Below the pieces are notes generated by a model that saw only the letters and a program-made list of their open reading frames with translations, did no database searches and was not told where the DNA came from. Position numbers and translations under genes: made by a program. Source: Gammaproteobacteria bacterium (GTDB taxonomy: Bacteria > Pseudomonadota > Gammaproteobacteria > SZUA-229). Taken from it: a stretch of 64,000 nt of DNA. Positions 41,360 through 51,944 of the stretch are shown one piece after another. The stretch spans positions 95,504 to 159,503 of the forward strand of contig JAOUNI010000001.1 of assembly GCA_029881035.1 (NCBI GenBank). The letters are read 5' to 3'. Position 1 is the first letter of the stretch. Every line of letters starts with the position of its first letter.

Positions 41360-42420
41360 TAGTCAAAGCTCCTCATGGCCAGGCCGCAGGCAATCATTAA
41401 TGAAGGCGCATCATTACTTAGTGACTGTGGGTTTACTTTAGGCGATAGTGACATGTTAGCAAATGGGTTGGCGATAACTGTGCGCGTTTCCAGTTGGCTT
41501 TCTATGAGTTCATCAATACCGGGTATGGCGGCACAACCACCAGCTAACGCAATTAGACTAACACTACTGTGCTGTCCTGAAGTGTAGAAAAATTGTAGGA
41601 AACGCCCGACTTGTTGTGCAATCGTTTCTTTAAAGGGTTCTAGAACTTCCGGAATATAGTTGTCTGGTAAGCCGCCTGTTTTTTTGAGGCGACCAGCTTC
41701 TTCGTAGGATAGGCCGTAACGCCGCATAATTTCTTCAGTGAGTTGTTTGCCACCAAAACTTTGTTCACGTGTGTAGATAAGATTGCCATCTTCGATGACA
41801 TTCAGGCTGGTCATAGTTGCACCTATATCAATGACAGCAATGATTCGATTATCTTCACCTTCTTCTATTTGTGCTGCAATCAAGGATGAGGCATGTTCAA
41901 TGGTATATGCTTCAACATCCATAATCTTGGGTTTTAAGCCGCCGATTTCTAATGCTGTAGTGCGTGTTTCGATATTTTCGCTACGTGAGGCGGCTAGAAG
42001 CACATCAACCGTTTCTGGATTATCTCTAGTTGGACCTATTACTTCAAAGTCAAGATTGATCTCTTCCAGGGGGTAAGGAATATATTGATCAGCCTCCATT
42101 TCAATCTGAGACTCAAGCTCACTATCGCTGAGGTTAGCGGGCATGGTAATGATTTTGGTAATAACGGCGGAGCCTGCAACGGCTACAGCTGCATTTTTTA
42201 CTTTAGTGCCACTTTTTTTCACGGCTTTCTGGATGCATTCGCCAACAGCTTCCGGGTCCTGAATATTTTTTTCAGAGACGGCGTCGTCTGGTAATGGCTC
42301 TATGGCCATACTTTCTACTTTGTAATGCCCGTCAGTCATGGACAGTTCAAGCAGCTTTACTGTAGTAGAGCTGATATCCAGGCCTAGCATGACAGGTTGT
42401 TTTCGTTTCAGCAGAGACAC
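41359..42420 (-). CDS. pilM: Type IV pilus assembly protein PilM (actin-like)
   Basis: GLDISSTTVKLLEL, YIPYPL, DIGATMT, FGGKQLT, ACGLAMRSFD. Confidence 0.96.
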   Translation of the reverse strand: MSLLKRKQPVMLGLDISSTTVKLLELSMTDGHYKVESMAIEPLPDDAVSEKNIQDPEAVGECIQKAVKKSGTKVKNAAVAVAGSAVITKIITMPANLSDSELESQIEMEADQYIPYPLEEINLDFEVIGPTRDNPETVDVLLAASRSENIETRTTALEIGGLKPKIMDVEAYTIEHASSLIAAQIEEGEDNRIIAVIDIGATMTSLNVIEDGNLIYTREQSFGGKQLTEEIMRRYGLSYEEAGRLKKTGGLPDNYIPEVLEPFKETIAQQVGRFLQFFYTSGQHSSVSLIALAGGCAAIPGIDELIESQLETRTVIANPFANMSLSPKVNPQSLSNDAPSLMIACGLAMRSFD

Positions 42421-42599
42421 GTCTCAATCCCCATATTCTATTTATTTTAAGTAGTTATAGAACATATATATAGTTATGCATGAAATATTAGACACAAGTA
42501 TCGAAAAATTCTAGTCAAATATTGAATTAATCGCCAAAGCGTGATCAAAAGATTATAATTTGCAACCTCTTTCTGACAGTCAATTACATCAAGGGAACT

Positions 42600-45134
42600 A
42601 TGAAGCTGGTTAAAATACTCAAATATGGCTTGATTATCTCATTAGCTACGTCAGCGATTTTACTGGTGGCTATATTTGGCTTATATCTCCACCTTGCGCC
42701 CCAATTGCCTTCCATAGAAGGTTTAAGCGATACCAGGCTGCAAGTTCCTTTGCGTATATATAGCAGTGATGGTTCATTATTGGGGGAATTTGGCGAGAAA
42801 AGACGCATTCCGAAGACGCTTGAAGAAATACCAGAGTTGATGCAGCAGGCGTTCCTGGCTGCAGAAGATAATCGTTTTTACGATCATGGTGGCGTTGATT
42901 ATCAGGGCATATTGCGTGCAGTGATTAATTTGATCAAAACCGGTGAACGTGGGCAGGGTGGTAGTACGATCACTATGCAGCTGGCGAGAAACTTCTACCT
43001 TAGTACAGAGAAAACTTATACGCGAAAAATCAGTGAAATTTTTCTGGCGTTTAAGATTGAGCAGGAGCTGAGTAAACAGCAGATTTTTGAGCTCTACCTA
43101 AACAAAATATATCTGGGTAATCGTGCCTATGGTGTGGCGGCAGCAGCACAGATTTATTACGGTAAGGACTTAGATGATCTGAGTATTGCCCAGATTGCCA
43201 TGATTGCAGGCCTGCCAAAAGCACCATCACGCTACAATCCTGTTGTTGATCCTGAAAGAGCATTAATCCGACGTAATTATGTGTTGTCACGAATGTTGGC
43301 ACTGGGCTTTATTTCCGAAGAGACTTACGATCAGGAGAGGCTTGAAAGTGCTGCAGTTGAACGCCACTTCAGTAGTGTTCAGGTACAAGCTCCCTATGTG
43401 AATGAAATGGTACGCGCTGAAATTGTCAAACAATTTGGTGATGAGGCTTATTCAAGGGGTTTGAATGTCTATACCACTATTAAGGATAAATTGCAGTTAG
43501 TTGCTAATGAGAGTTTGTGGAATGGCCTGATTAATTATGATCTGCGTCACGGATATCGAGGTGTAGTGAGGCACGTAGAGTTAAATGAAAATAACTCAGA
43601 ATTGAGCTTGCTTAATAATGATGACGCTCTGTTAAAAATTCTTGAATATGATGGTGATTATGGCGTACTCAAACCTGCACTGGTTTTATCGATTCATGAT
43701 GAGGCGAATAATAAGGAGCTAGAAAATGAACAGCTTTCGCTTGATGTGACTGCTGGTGATAAAGCGCAAGATTTAGGCCGTCATGCTGAGATAATGTTAA
43801 AAAATGGTGAGCGGGTCATTTTGCCCTGGCAGGGTATCGTCTGGGCGCGATCCTATATCAGCGTAAATCGTCTTGGTAACGAACCCACCGCTATTGGTGA
43901 GGTTTTACGTGTGGGTGATGTGATCTGGGTGTCCAGGCAGAAAGATGATTCCTGGGCATTAGCCCAAGTACCTGAGGTACAGGGTGCTCTCGTTGCGGTT
44001 GCGCCGAATGATGGTGCCATTCAGGCACTCAAAGGCGGGCTGGATTTCAATCGTAGTAAATTTAATCGTGCATCGCAAGCCAGGCGTCAGGCTGGGTCAG
44101 GTTTTAAACCGGTTATTTATTCAGCGGCTTTGTCAAAATCGTTCACCCCTGCAAGTTTAATTAATGATGCCCCCGTTGTTTTTGAAGATGAGGCGCTTGA
44201 AGCTTCATGGCGTCCTGAGAATTACAGTGGCCAATTTTTTGGCCCCACGCGTTTGCGCATGGCTTTATATAAATCGCGTAATTTGGTTTCTATTCGATTA
44301 TTACGTTCAGTAGGGGTGGGTTATGCTACCCAGTTTGCACGCAATTTTGGCTTTGATGATAAAGAGTTGCCGCATGATTTGTCATTAGCACTGGGTAGTT
44401 GTGAGGTGAGTCCTCTGCAAATGGCAAGAGCTTACTCTGTGCTGGCTAATGGTGGTTATCTGATACAGCCTTACCTGATTGATCGCATTGAAGATACGGA
44501 TGGTGCGATATTGTTTGAGGCTGATCCTGCAGTTGCTTGCGTTGCCTGTGAGCTGAATGCTCGCCGTGTAGAGAAGACGATGACGGTAGCTCCAGATATA
44601 GTGATTGAAGAAGAGACATTAGTCGCCTTGCCTAAGCAGGCAGAGCGAACATTAGAGCCTCGTCTGGCTTACCAGATGAATTCAATGTTGCAGGATGTGG
44701 TGTTGCGTGGCACAGGGCGTAAAGCTTTGTCGTTAGGGCGTAAAGACCTGGCGGGTAAAACAGGTACCACCAATGATCAAAAAGATGCATGGTTTAATGG
44801 TTTTCATCCTGACCTGGTAGCAATTGCGTGGATTGGTTTTGATCAGCTGAGGCCTTTAGGTGGCAGTGAAACTGGTTCTAATGCGGCTTTGCCAATCTGG
44901 ATTGATTTTATGAAAGATGCCTTGTCGGGTGTTCCAGAGAAACACTTGCCAAGACCTGAGGGTCTGGTGACGATGAAGATTAATGCCGAGACTGGGGCAG
45001 CGGCTACCGATCTGGATAAAGATACTATCTTTGAAATCTTTAGAAGTGAAAACGCTCCTATAGTAGGAGAATCAGCTTCAGGCATGAGCTTGGATGTGAA
45101 AACCGGTGATGCAATTCCTGAGCAGTTATTCTAA
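42600..45134 (+). CDS. mrcA: Penicillin-binding protein 1A
   Basis: Glycosyltransferase motifs EDNRFYDHGG and GGSTITMQL; transpeptidase motifs SGFK, SRN, KTG; divergent from pilM. Confidence 0.96.
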   Translation: MKLVKILKYGLIISLATSAILLVAIFGLYLHLAPQLPSIEGLSDTRLQVPLRIYSSDGSLLGEFGEKRRIPKTLEEIPELMQQAFLAAEDNRFYDHGGVDYQGILRAVINLIKTGERGQGGSTITMQLARNFYLSTEKTYTRKISEIFLAFKIEQELSKQQIFELYLNKIYLGNRAYGVAAAAQIYYGKDLDDLSIAQIAMIAGLPKAPSRYNPVVDPERALIRRNYVLSRMLALGFISEETYDQERLESAAVERHFSSVQVQAPYVNEMVRAEIVKQFGDEAYSRGLNVYTTIKDKLQLVANESLWNGLINYDLRHGYRGVVRHVELNENNSELSLLNNDDALLKILEYDGDYGVLKPALVLSIHDEANNKELENEQLSLDVTAGDKAQDLGRHAEIMLKNGERVILPWQGIVWARSYISVNRLGNEPTAIGEVLRVGDVIWVSRQKDDSWALAQVPEVQGALVAVAPNDGAIQALKGGLDFNRSKFNRASQARRQAGSGFKPVIYSAALSKSFTPASLINDAPVVFEDEALEASWRPENYSGQFFGPTRLRMALYKSRNLVSIRLLRSVGVGYATQFARNFGFDDKELPHDLSLALGSCEVSPLQMARAYSVLANGGYLIQPYLIDRIEDTDGAILFEADPAVACVACELNARRVEKTMTVAPDIVIEEETLVALPKQAERTLEPRLAYQMNSMLQDVVLRGTGRKALSLGRKDLAGKTGTTNDQKDAWFNGFHPDLVAIAWIGFDQLRPLGGSETGSNAALPIWIDFMKDALSGVPEKHLPRPEGLVTMKINAETGAAATDLDKDTIFEIFRSENAPIVGESASGMSLDVKTGDAIPEQLF

Positions 45135-45154
45135 GTTTTTGTGGGTGCTGCTGA

Positions 45155-46228
45155 TCAGAGGTGATACTGGGCGCTTTCTTCGTGCACGGTATCAACCAGG
45201 GCTTTAACGTTCTCGGGATTGATGTTGGGCGTAATGCCATGACCGAGATTGAATACGTGGCCTGAGCCCTGACCGTAGGATGCCAGAATATGGCTAGTTT
45301 CGGCCCGGATAGCGGTAGGCGTCGTGCCCATCACCGCAGGGTCCATATTGCCCTGTAAGGCAACCTTGTCGCCAATCTGTTCGCGCGCGACACCAATATC
45401 AATTGACCAGTCTAGGCCCACTGCGTCACAGCCAGTGGCGGCGATGTCTTTCAGCCAGAGTCCGCCGCCTTTGGTGAACAAAGTGATAGGAATTTTGATG
45501 TCATCTTTTTCGCGAGTTAGCTGGTCAACGATCTTCTGCATGTAGGCGAGTGAAAATTCTCTGTAGTGAGGTGTCGTCAGTGCACCGCCCCAGCTATCAA
45601 AAATCATTACTGCCTGCGCGCCGGCGGCAATCTGTGCATTCAGATAAGAGGCGACTGAGTCAGCCAGTACAGATAAGAGCTGATGTGCAGACTTAGGATC
45701 TTCGAATAAAAGTGCTTTTATTTTTGAGAAAGATTTGCTGCTGCCACCTTCAACCATATAGGTCGCCAGCGTCCATGGGCTACCGGAAAAGCCGATCAAA
45801 GGTACGTCACCGTTCAGTTCTTTTCTAATCAGGCTGACAGCGTCAATCACATAAGATAACTCATCATGTGGGTCGGGTGCCGCCAGTTTGGCGATATCAG
45901 CAGTGCTTTGAATGGGGTGCCTGAATTTAGGGCCTTCACCTTCTTCGAAGTAGAGGCCCAGTCCCATTGCATCGGGAATGGTCAGGATGTCCGAGAATAA
46001 AATAGCGGCATCCAGATCAAAACGGCGTAAGGGCTGCAGTGTGACTTCGCAGGCCAGTTCCGGCGTGCTGCACAAGGTCATAAAATCACCGGCCTGTTCA
46101 CGTACAGCGCGGTATTCCGGCAGATAGCGTCCTGCCTGGCGCATAATCCAGACTGGGGTGCGGTCCACCGGTTGTCTAAGCAGGGCGCGGATGAAACGGT
46201 CGTTTTTCAGGGGGGGAGTGGCAGACAT
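45155..46228 (-). CDS. hemE: Uroporphyrinogen decarboxylase
   Basis: [35 protein letters not shown]. Confidence 0.97.
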   Translation of the reverse strand: MSATPPLKNDRFIRALLRQPVDRTPVWIMRQAGRYLPEYRAVREQAGDFMTLCSTPELACEVTLQPLRRFDLDAAILFSDILTIPDAMGLGLYFEEGEGPKFRHPIQSTADIAKLAAPDPHDELSYVIDAVSLIRKELNGDVPLIGFSGSPWTLATYMVEGGSSKSFSKIKALLFEDPKSAHQLLSVLADSVASYLNAQIAAGAQAVMIFDSWGGALTTPHYREFSLAYMQKIVDQLTREKDDIKIPITLFTKGGGLWLKDIAATGCDAVGLDWSIDIGVAREQIGDKVALQGNMDPAVMGTTPTAIRAETSHILASYGQGSGHVFNLGHGITPNINPENVKALVDTVHEESAQYHL

Positions 46229-46229
46229 A

Positions 46230-46682
46230 TCAGGCAGACAGAATTTTTTTGATTGTTTCGCTGATCACGCTCATATCGCCGCGACCAACAATGAGAGGTC
46301 TAACGAGCCCCATCACCTTGCCCATATCCTTTATTGATTCGGCGCCAGTCTTGCTGATTGCTTCATTAATAATGGTTTCGATTTCACTTTCACTGAGCGC
46401 CTGAGGCAGAAAGGTCTGAATAACATCAATTTCAGCCTGTTCTATGCTGGATAAATCATCGCGACCCGCCTTATCAAACTGGCTGATGGATTCACGGCGC
46501 ATTTTGATCATTTTATCCAGGGTGCTAATGATACGGGTATCATCAAGCTCAATGCGTTCATCAACTTCAATCTGCTTTAGTGCAGAAAAAATAAGACGAA
46601 TGACGCCAAGGCGTTGCTTGTCGCCAGCCTTCATGGCCGCCTTCATCGCATCCTGTAGATTAGTTTTCAGGGCGCTACTCAT
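46230..46682 (-). CDS. yqeY: GatB/YqeY domain protein
   Basis: [33 protein letters not shown]; follows rpsU. Confidence 0.93.
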   Translation of the reverse strand: MSSALKTNLQDAMKAAMKAGDKQRLGVIRLIFSALKQIEVDERIELDDTRIISTLDKMIKMRRESISQFDKAGRDDLSSIEQAEIDVIQTFLPQALSESEIETIINEAISKTGAESIKDMGKVMGLVRPLIVGRGDMSVISETIKKILSA

Positions 46683-46700
46683 GGCGAGCCGTTTCCGGAA

Positions 46701-46931
46701 TTAACGTCTACGCTGGTGAGGTGAGCGAGCGAATTTGCTGCGTTCCTTAGACAACTTTTTCAGGTGACGCTTAACAGCAGCAGCTGCTTTGCGCTTGCGT
46801 TCAGTTGTCGGTTTTTCGTAAGCTTCTTTGCTGCGAACGTCGTTCATAATGCCTGCTTTCTCGCATGAGCGTTTGAAGCGGCGTAGGGCAACGTCGAAAG
46901 GTTCGTTTTCTTTAACACGTATTGCTGGCAT
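46701..46931 (-). CDS. rpsU: 30S ribosomal protein S21
   Basis: [27 protein letters not shown]...YEKPT; true start is ATG at 46931. Confidence 0.96.
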   Translation of the reverse strand: MPAIRVKENEPFDVALRRFKRSCEKAGIMNDVRSKEAYEKPTTERKRKAAAAVKRHLKKLSKERSKFARSPHQRRR

Positions 46932-47028
46932 AGTTCTTCTCAAAGATACATAAAAAATCCGCATCCAAGTGCGGTGAACGGCGTAGTATAGCCCACTTTT
47001 ACAGAATCCAAAAGCCTAAGAGTACGAA

Positions 47029-48072
47029 ATGATAGTTCTAGGAATTGAAAGCTCCTGCGACGAGACAGGTATAGCGCTTTACGATAGCGAGAAAGGCCTG
47101 CTTTCTCATGTTTTACATAGCCAGATTGAACTACACGCGGAATATGGTGGTGTCGTACCCGAGCTGGCTTCAAGGGATCATATCCGCCATCTGGTGCCGC
47201 TGATGGAGCAGACCCTGCAGCAGGCAGGTCTTACTCAGAAAGATATACAGGGTGTGGCCTATACTGCAGGACCGGGTCTGATTGGTGCACTGATGTCGGG
47301 AGCCTGTGTCGGACGTAGTCTGGCCTGGGCACTGGGCGTACCCGCGCAGGAAGTACACCATATGGAAGGCCATCTGTTAGCGCCGATGCTGGAGGAAAAT
47401 CCACCTGAATTTCCATTTGTGGCTCTACTGGTTTCCGGTGGGCATACCCTGTTGGCGCATGTTACCGGTGTCGGGCAGTATGAAATATTGGGGCAAAGTC
47501 TGGATGATGCCGCCGGCGAAGCATTTGATAAAACCGCCAAAATGCTTGGGTTGGGTTATCCGGGTGGTCCAATCTTGGCCAAACTGGCAGTAAAGGGCGT
47601 GGCCGGGGTCTACAGATTCCCGCGCCCGATGACCGATCGGCCCGGACTGGATTTTAGTTTTAGTGGTCTGAAAACGTTCGCCCTGAACACCTGGCAGAAA
47701 CTGCAGGTTGAATGTGAGGGACAGACCGAAAAATTAGAGCAGGGTCAGGCTGATGTGGCCCGTGCCTTTGAAGAAGCAGTGGTGGATACGCTCTCGCTCA
47801 AATGCCGGCGTGCGCTCAAGCAGGTGCACTGCAAAAGACTGGTGATCGCGGGCGGTGTGGGCGCAAATCAGCATTTACGTCAGCAATTGAAAGCGATGGT
47901 AAAAAAGGAAGGTGGTGAGCTGTATTACCCGCGCATCGAATTCTGTACCGATAATGGCGCGATGATCGCTTATGTGGGTTGTTTGCGCCTGATGGCGGGT
48001 GAGAGTAAGGCGCTGAGCATCGATGCCAGAGCGCGTTGGCCAATTGATGAGTTGCCGTCTATTCGGGATTGA
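47029..48072 (+). CDS. tsaD: tRNA threonylcarbamoyltransferase TsaD
   Basis: [52 protein letters not shown]. Confidence 0.97.
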   Translation: MIVLGIESSCDETGIALYDSEKGLLSHVLHSQIELHAEYGGVVPELASRDHIRHLVPLMEQTLQQAGLTQKDIQGVAYTAGPGLIGALMSGACVGRSLAWALGVPAQEVHHMEGHLLAPMLEENPPEFPFVALLVSGGHTLLAHVTGVGQYEILGQSLDDAAGEAFDKTAKMLGLGYPGGPILAKLAVKGVAGVYRFPRPMTDRPGLDFSFSGLKTFALNTWQKLQVECEGQTEKLEQGQADVARAFEEAVVDTLSLKCRRALKQVHCKRLVIAGGVGANQHLRQQLKAMVKKEGGELYYPRIEFCTDNGAMIAYVGCLRLMAGESKALSIDARARWPIDELPSIRD

Positions 48073-48087
48073 TTTTTCAGGGATAAT

Positions 48088-48672
48088 TTAGTCTTCCGTA
48101 CCCGCCATCATTTTTTTGATATTGCTGCGATGTCGCCAGATAAGCAGAATTGCCATGAAAGTGGTAGCAGTAATCAAAACTTCAGAGCCGCCAAAATACC
48201 AGACAATAAACGGTGATGAAAAAGCTGAAACCAGTGCGGAAAGCGAAGATATTTTGAATAACAGCAGTACCAGCACCCATACAAGCAGCGCGGCCAGACC
48301 TATCATCCAGTTAATGCCTAGCAGAACTCCATAGAAAGTAGCGACGCCCTTGCCGCCTTTGAAACGATAATATAAAGGGTAAAGATGGCCCAGAAACGCT
48401 GAAATGCCGGTGACCGTCAGTGCCATGGTGTCAGCCTGTAGTTGCTGCACTGCTAAAACAGGCAGTAAGCCCTTCAACATATCACCCAATAAGGTAATAA
48501 TAGCTGCCTTTTTTCCGCCGGTGCGCAGCACATTGGTGGCGCCGGGGTTGTTTGAACCGACGTTACGCGGGTCTTCCAGTCCCATCAGTTTGCAGGTGAT
48601 GATGGCGGTAGAAATCGATCCGAGCAGGTAAGCGATTAAGGCGTAGGCAATATAAACAGGTTCAAAGCTCAT
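48088..48672 (-). CDS. plsY: Glycerol-3-phosphate acyltransferase PlsY
   Basis: YLLGSI, GSNNPGATNVLR, GHLYP, FKGGKGVAT, RHRSNI; likely start ATG 48672. Confidence 0.95.
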   Translation of the reverse strand: MSFEPVYIAYALIAYLLGSISTAIITCKLMGLEDPRNVGSNNPGATNVLRTGGKKAAIITLLGDMLKGLLPVLAVQQLQADTMALTVTGISAFLGHLYPLYYRFKGGKGVATFYGVLLGINWMIGLAALLVWVLVLLLFKISSLSALVSAFSSPFIVWYFGGSEVLITATTFMAILLIWRHRSNIKKMMAGTED

Positions 48673-48772
48673 GATGTCAGGAAAACGTATAATGTCTCGA
48701 AAAAGTAATGGGGACTTTATTTTGATATCGTTATTGAAAGTCGAGTGCAAGCTTACCTCAGGTTGTCATTAA

Positions 48773-49534
48773 ATGCCGCCTAAAACTACTGGAAAAGTGA
48801 CCTGTGTTTTTGTGCATGGCTGGGCCATGAACGGTGCGGTGTGGGAAACCTGTTCTGAATTATTGCCTGACTGGATGGAACTGGTTCAGGTTGATTTGCC
48901 GGGTCATGGCACCATGGCTGATGCCAGGGCGGAAAATATCAATGACTACGTCAGTACACTGGCAGCGGTCGCCAATCGCCCGGTAATCTGGGTGGGCTGG
49001 TCTCTTGGTGGTCTGGCTTTGCTGCAGTTAGCGAAAGATTATCCTGAACGCGTTGCCGGTTTATTCATGGTGGCGAGCACGCCCTGTTTTGTGCGCAAGG
49101 ATGACTGGTCCTGTGCAGTGGCAGAAGATATTTTTAAGTTGTTTGCTGATTCGCTGGCAGAAGACGTAGACGCAACCATTAAACGGTTTCTTGCCCTGCA
49201 GGTAAAAGGCTCGGGTGTGGCCATGAGCACGGTTCGTGAACTGCAGAAATTATTGCAGCAGCGTGGCCGGCCTTCTGCTGAAGCGCTGAGGTATGGGCTG
49301 GATATTTTGTCATCGACTGATTTGCGTGCTGAACTGCCTCGCATAAATCGCCCGATCACCTGGCTGCTCGGTGGCCGCGATGCGCTTGTGCCTGTGTCGC
49401 TAGCAGAAGCATTGAAAACATTAAAGCCGGATATAAACGTCCTCGTTGAAAAAGAGGCCGCGCACGCGCCATTTATTTCTCATTCAGAAAATTTTGCCAG
49501 CGCCTTAATTGATTTTGCAGAGAGTGTGCGATGA
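48773..49534 (+). CDS. bioH: Pimeloyl-ACP methyl ester carboxylesterase
   Basis: HGWAMN, DLPGHG, GWSLGG, RFLALQ, AAHAPFISH; overlaps bioC. Confidence 0.9.
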   Translation: MPPKTTGKVTCVFVHGWAMNGAVWETCSELLPDWMELVQVDLPGHGTMADARAENINDYVSTLAAVANRPVIWVGWSLGGLALLQLAKDYPERVAGLFMVASTPCFVRKDDWSCAVAEDIFKLFADSLAEDVDATIKRFLALQVKGSGVAMSTVRELQKLLQQRGRPSAEALRYGLDILSSTDLRAELPRINRPITWLLGGRDALVPVSLAEALKTLKPDINVLVEKEAAHAPFISHSENFASALIDFAESVR

Positions 49535-50379
49535 CACAGGTTTTTGATCAGCAGCGTATCCGTAAAGCGTTTGATAATGCGGCAGAGAGTTACGATCAGG
49601 CGGCAGTCCTGCAAAAGGAAGTTTGTAAACGCCTGCTGGAAAAACTCGATGCAGTTCGGCTGTCACCCGACTGGATTCTGGATGCCGGTACAGGCACGGG
49701 TGAAGCGGTAAAACCGCTACAGAAAAAATATAAAAAATCAGAAATTGTTCTGCTCGACTTATCTGAGAGCATGCTGAAAAAAGCCGTTAAACAAGGCGCG
49801 TTATTTAGAAAGCCACACCAAATTTGTGGCAACATTGAATCGTTACCATTCGTTGATCAAAGCTTTGATTTATTATTTTCTAATTTAGCCATGCAATGGT
49901 GTAATGATCTGGGTGTGACATTGGCGGAATTCAGGCGAGTATTAAAACCGGGCGCATTGTTGCAGTTTGCGACCTTTGGTCCTGATACCTTGAAAGAGCT
50001 CCGCGCCAGCTGGCAGAAAGTAGATGCGGCTGTGCACGTGAATAGTTTTATAGATATGCATGATATTGGCGATGGTTTGTTGCAGGCGGGGTTTGCCGAG
50101 CCGATAATGGAATCAGAAATTATCACGGTCAATTATAAAGAAGTCGATACTCTGATGCAGGATCTGAGGGATATAGGTGCCAATGTCACGGCCGATGGAC
50201 ACCGTCAGGGTTTATTGACGCGTAATATGTTGAAGAAATTGCGTGAAGCTTACGAAGTGTATCGACAGAATGATGTGTTGCCAGCCAGTTATGAGATTGT
50301 TTATGGGCATGCATGGGTCACTACAAAAGAGAAAGAAAAACAAACATCAGCTGATATTAATGTTAATTTTAAGTTTTGA
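49531..50379 (+). CDS. bioC: Malonyl-ACP O-methyltransferase
   Basis: YDQAAVLQ, LDAGTGTG, SNLAMQWC, FGPDTLKEL, DMHDIGD, YEIVYGHAW. Confidence 0.94.
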   Translation: MTQVFDQQRIRKAFDNAAESYDQAAVLQKEVCKRLLEKLDAVRLSPDWILDAGTGTGEAVKPLQKKYKKSEIVLLDLSESMLKKAVKQGALFRKPHQICGNIESLPFVDQSFDLLFSNLAMQWCNDLGVTLAEFRRVLKPGALLQFATFGPDTLKELRASWQKVDAAVHVNSFIDMHDIGDGLLQAGFAEPIMESEIITVNYKEVDTLMQDLRDIGANVTADGHRQGLLTRNMLKKLREAYEVYRQNDVLPASYEIVYGHAWVTTKEKEKQTSADINVNFKF

Positions 50380-50436
50380 ATTTCGTTTGCGGAAGAAGGA
50401 TGCTTTTGGCAAACTGACTAAATTAATATTCTTCTA

Positions 50437-51942
50437 ATGGATGATTTAATGTTTTCAAAAAACGTTTTATTTATTTTACTGATTTTGAGCTTGATGTCTG
50501 GAGCCCATGCAGAATCCTGTGATTTTTTACCGCGTGCTATGCAGCCTGAATGGACATTTGAGGCTCCAGCGATTGAAGGTTTTTACGTGGGTGTGGGTCT
50601 GGCTGAGGCAGAGGACTTATCGGCAAATGAGCAAATGGAGCGTGCCAAACAGAGTGCGCTTAGCGATCTGTCGAGTAATATTAGAGTATCGGTGCGCAGT
50701 AGTTTATCGCTGGATATCAAACAGAAAACTTTATCAGGTGATGAGGAAGTTGAAAAAAATGTGCGGCAATTAACAGAAACTATTACCGAAATCTCCCTGA
50801 AAGATGTGGAAATTGATTCAACCTGGCTTGATCGTAAACGGTGCATTGTCTGGGTTCGGGTAAAAGTCAGTCGTGACATTGTTGATGAAATGGGGCGCCG
50901 GGAACTAAATGCGGCGAAGCTGAGTCAGCTTGATTTTCATTATGAACAAGCGAGAAATAAAAAATCCAGTGCAGAAGAAAGAGATATGGCTTTAAAACAA
51001 GCTTATGTTTTGCTGGATGAAATTGATTTTAAAGTGTTGAATGGCAATCAAAGTAAACGTTATTATCAGCGTTTACTGGATGGTCTTGGCAGTAGTCTTA
51101 GTATAAAGATGAATGCTATACAGGAAGCGGAAAAATTACGTCAACAGGCAGAGAGTTTGCTGTTAAAAGCAAGTTCAACCAGTGATGCTGACCAACGTAA
51201 AAAATATACAGTTGATGCTATAGCAAAGCTCAAAGAAATCATCGCCACTAACCCTATTGGCGAGCGTGATGATGTAACAGCGGGTGAAGCGGCATTGTTT
51301 AAAATAGCTGAAGTCGAGAAGGCCAGAAACAATGGATGTGAAGCGCAGCTTCAGTACGAAATTGTGCGTGATCGATCCAGATCCGAAGACTGGATTAATA
51401 AATCGATGCAGATGCTTGATACTGTAAGCTGTACCAGGAAAGATCATAAAACACGGGCATGGCGTAAAGCATTTGATGGTATCCAAACCAGTTTTTTGTG
51501 TGCAAATGATTTGCATGATGAAGTCGATGACTGGGATAAGCCATGTGAAAATGTAGCCAGTTTTTTGCAAAGTTATGGCGCGCTGTCGGCGACTAAAATC
51601 AATATGAATTCACGTGAAGTGGTAAAGCTGGCTTATCAGCTGGATAGCAATGCTAACGCAGCTAAAGAAAATCTAGGTGGCAAGGGACGTGTTCTTGTTT
51701 TTATCGCCAAAGGTAAAATAAAACATCGTGATAATCCTAAAAATCCTATGGGTCAGGATCATCAGTTTACCGGTAAGATATATAGTTTCCTGCTGGATAA
51801 CGGTGATGTTGAGTTTCGTGATACCTATACAGGAACCGGTGGCTGGAATCCGGTTTCGGAGGAAATGACCATGGAGGTAATGGGTTTGAATGTGGCTAAG
51901 CGCTGGAAGTCAAGATACTTTGAACATATAAAAAATAATTAA
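50437..51942 (+). CDS. Exported hypothetical protein with LPP20-like N-terminal domain and helical (TPR-like) middle
   Basis: Signal peptide ending AHA; PEW...YVGVG...AKQSALSDLSSNIRVSVRS pattern resembles LPP20 domains; long helical region; several Cys. Fold assigned by eye. Confidence 0.6.
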   Translation: MDDLMFSKNVLFILLILSLMSGAHAESCDFLPRAMQPEWTFEAPAIEGFYVGVGLAEAEDLSANEQMERAKQSALSDLSSNIRVSVRSSLSLDIKQKTLSGDEEVEKNVRQLTETITEISLKDVEIDSTWLDRKRCIVWVRVKVSRDIVDEMGRRELNAAKLSQLDFHYEQARNKKSSAEERDMALKQAYVLLDEIDFKVLNGNQSKRYYQRLLDGLGSSLSIKMNAIQEAEKLRQQAESLLLKASSTSDADQRKKYTVDAIAKLKEIIATNPIGERDDVTAGEAALFKIAEVEKARNNGCEAQLQYEIVRDRSRSEDWINKSMQMLDTVSCTRKDHKTRAWRKAFDGIQTSFLCANDLHDEVDDWDKPCENVASFLQSYGALSATKINMNSREVVKLAYQLDSNANAAKENLGGKGRVLVFIAKGKIKHRDNPKNPMGQDHQFTGKIYSFLLDNGDVEFRDTYTGTGGWNPVSEEMTMEVMGLNVAKRWKSRYFEHIKNN

Positions 51943-51944
51943 CC

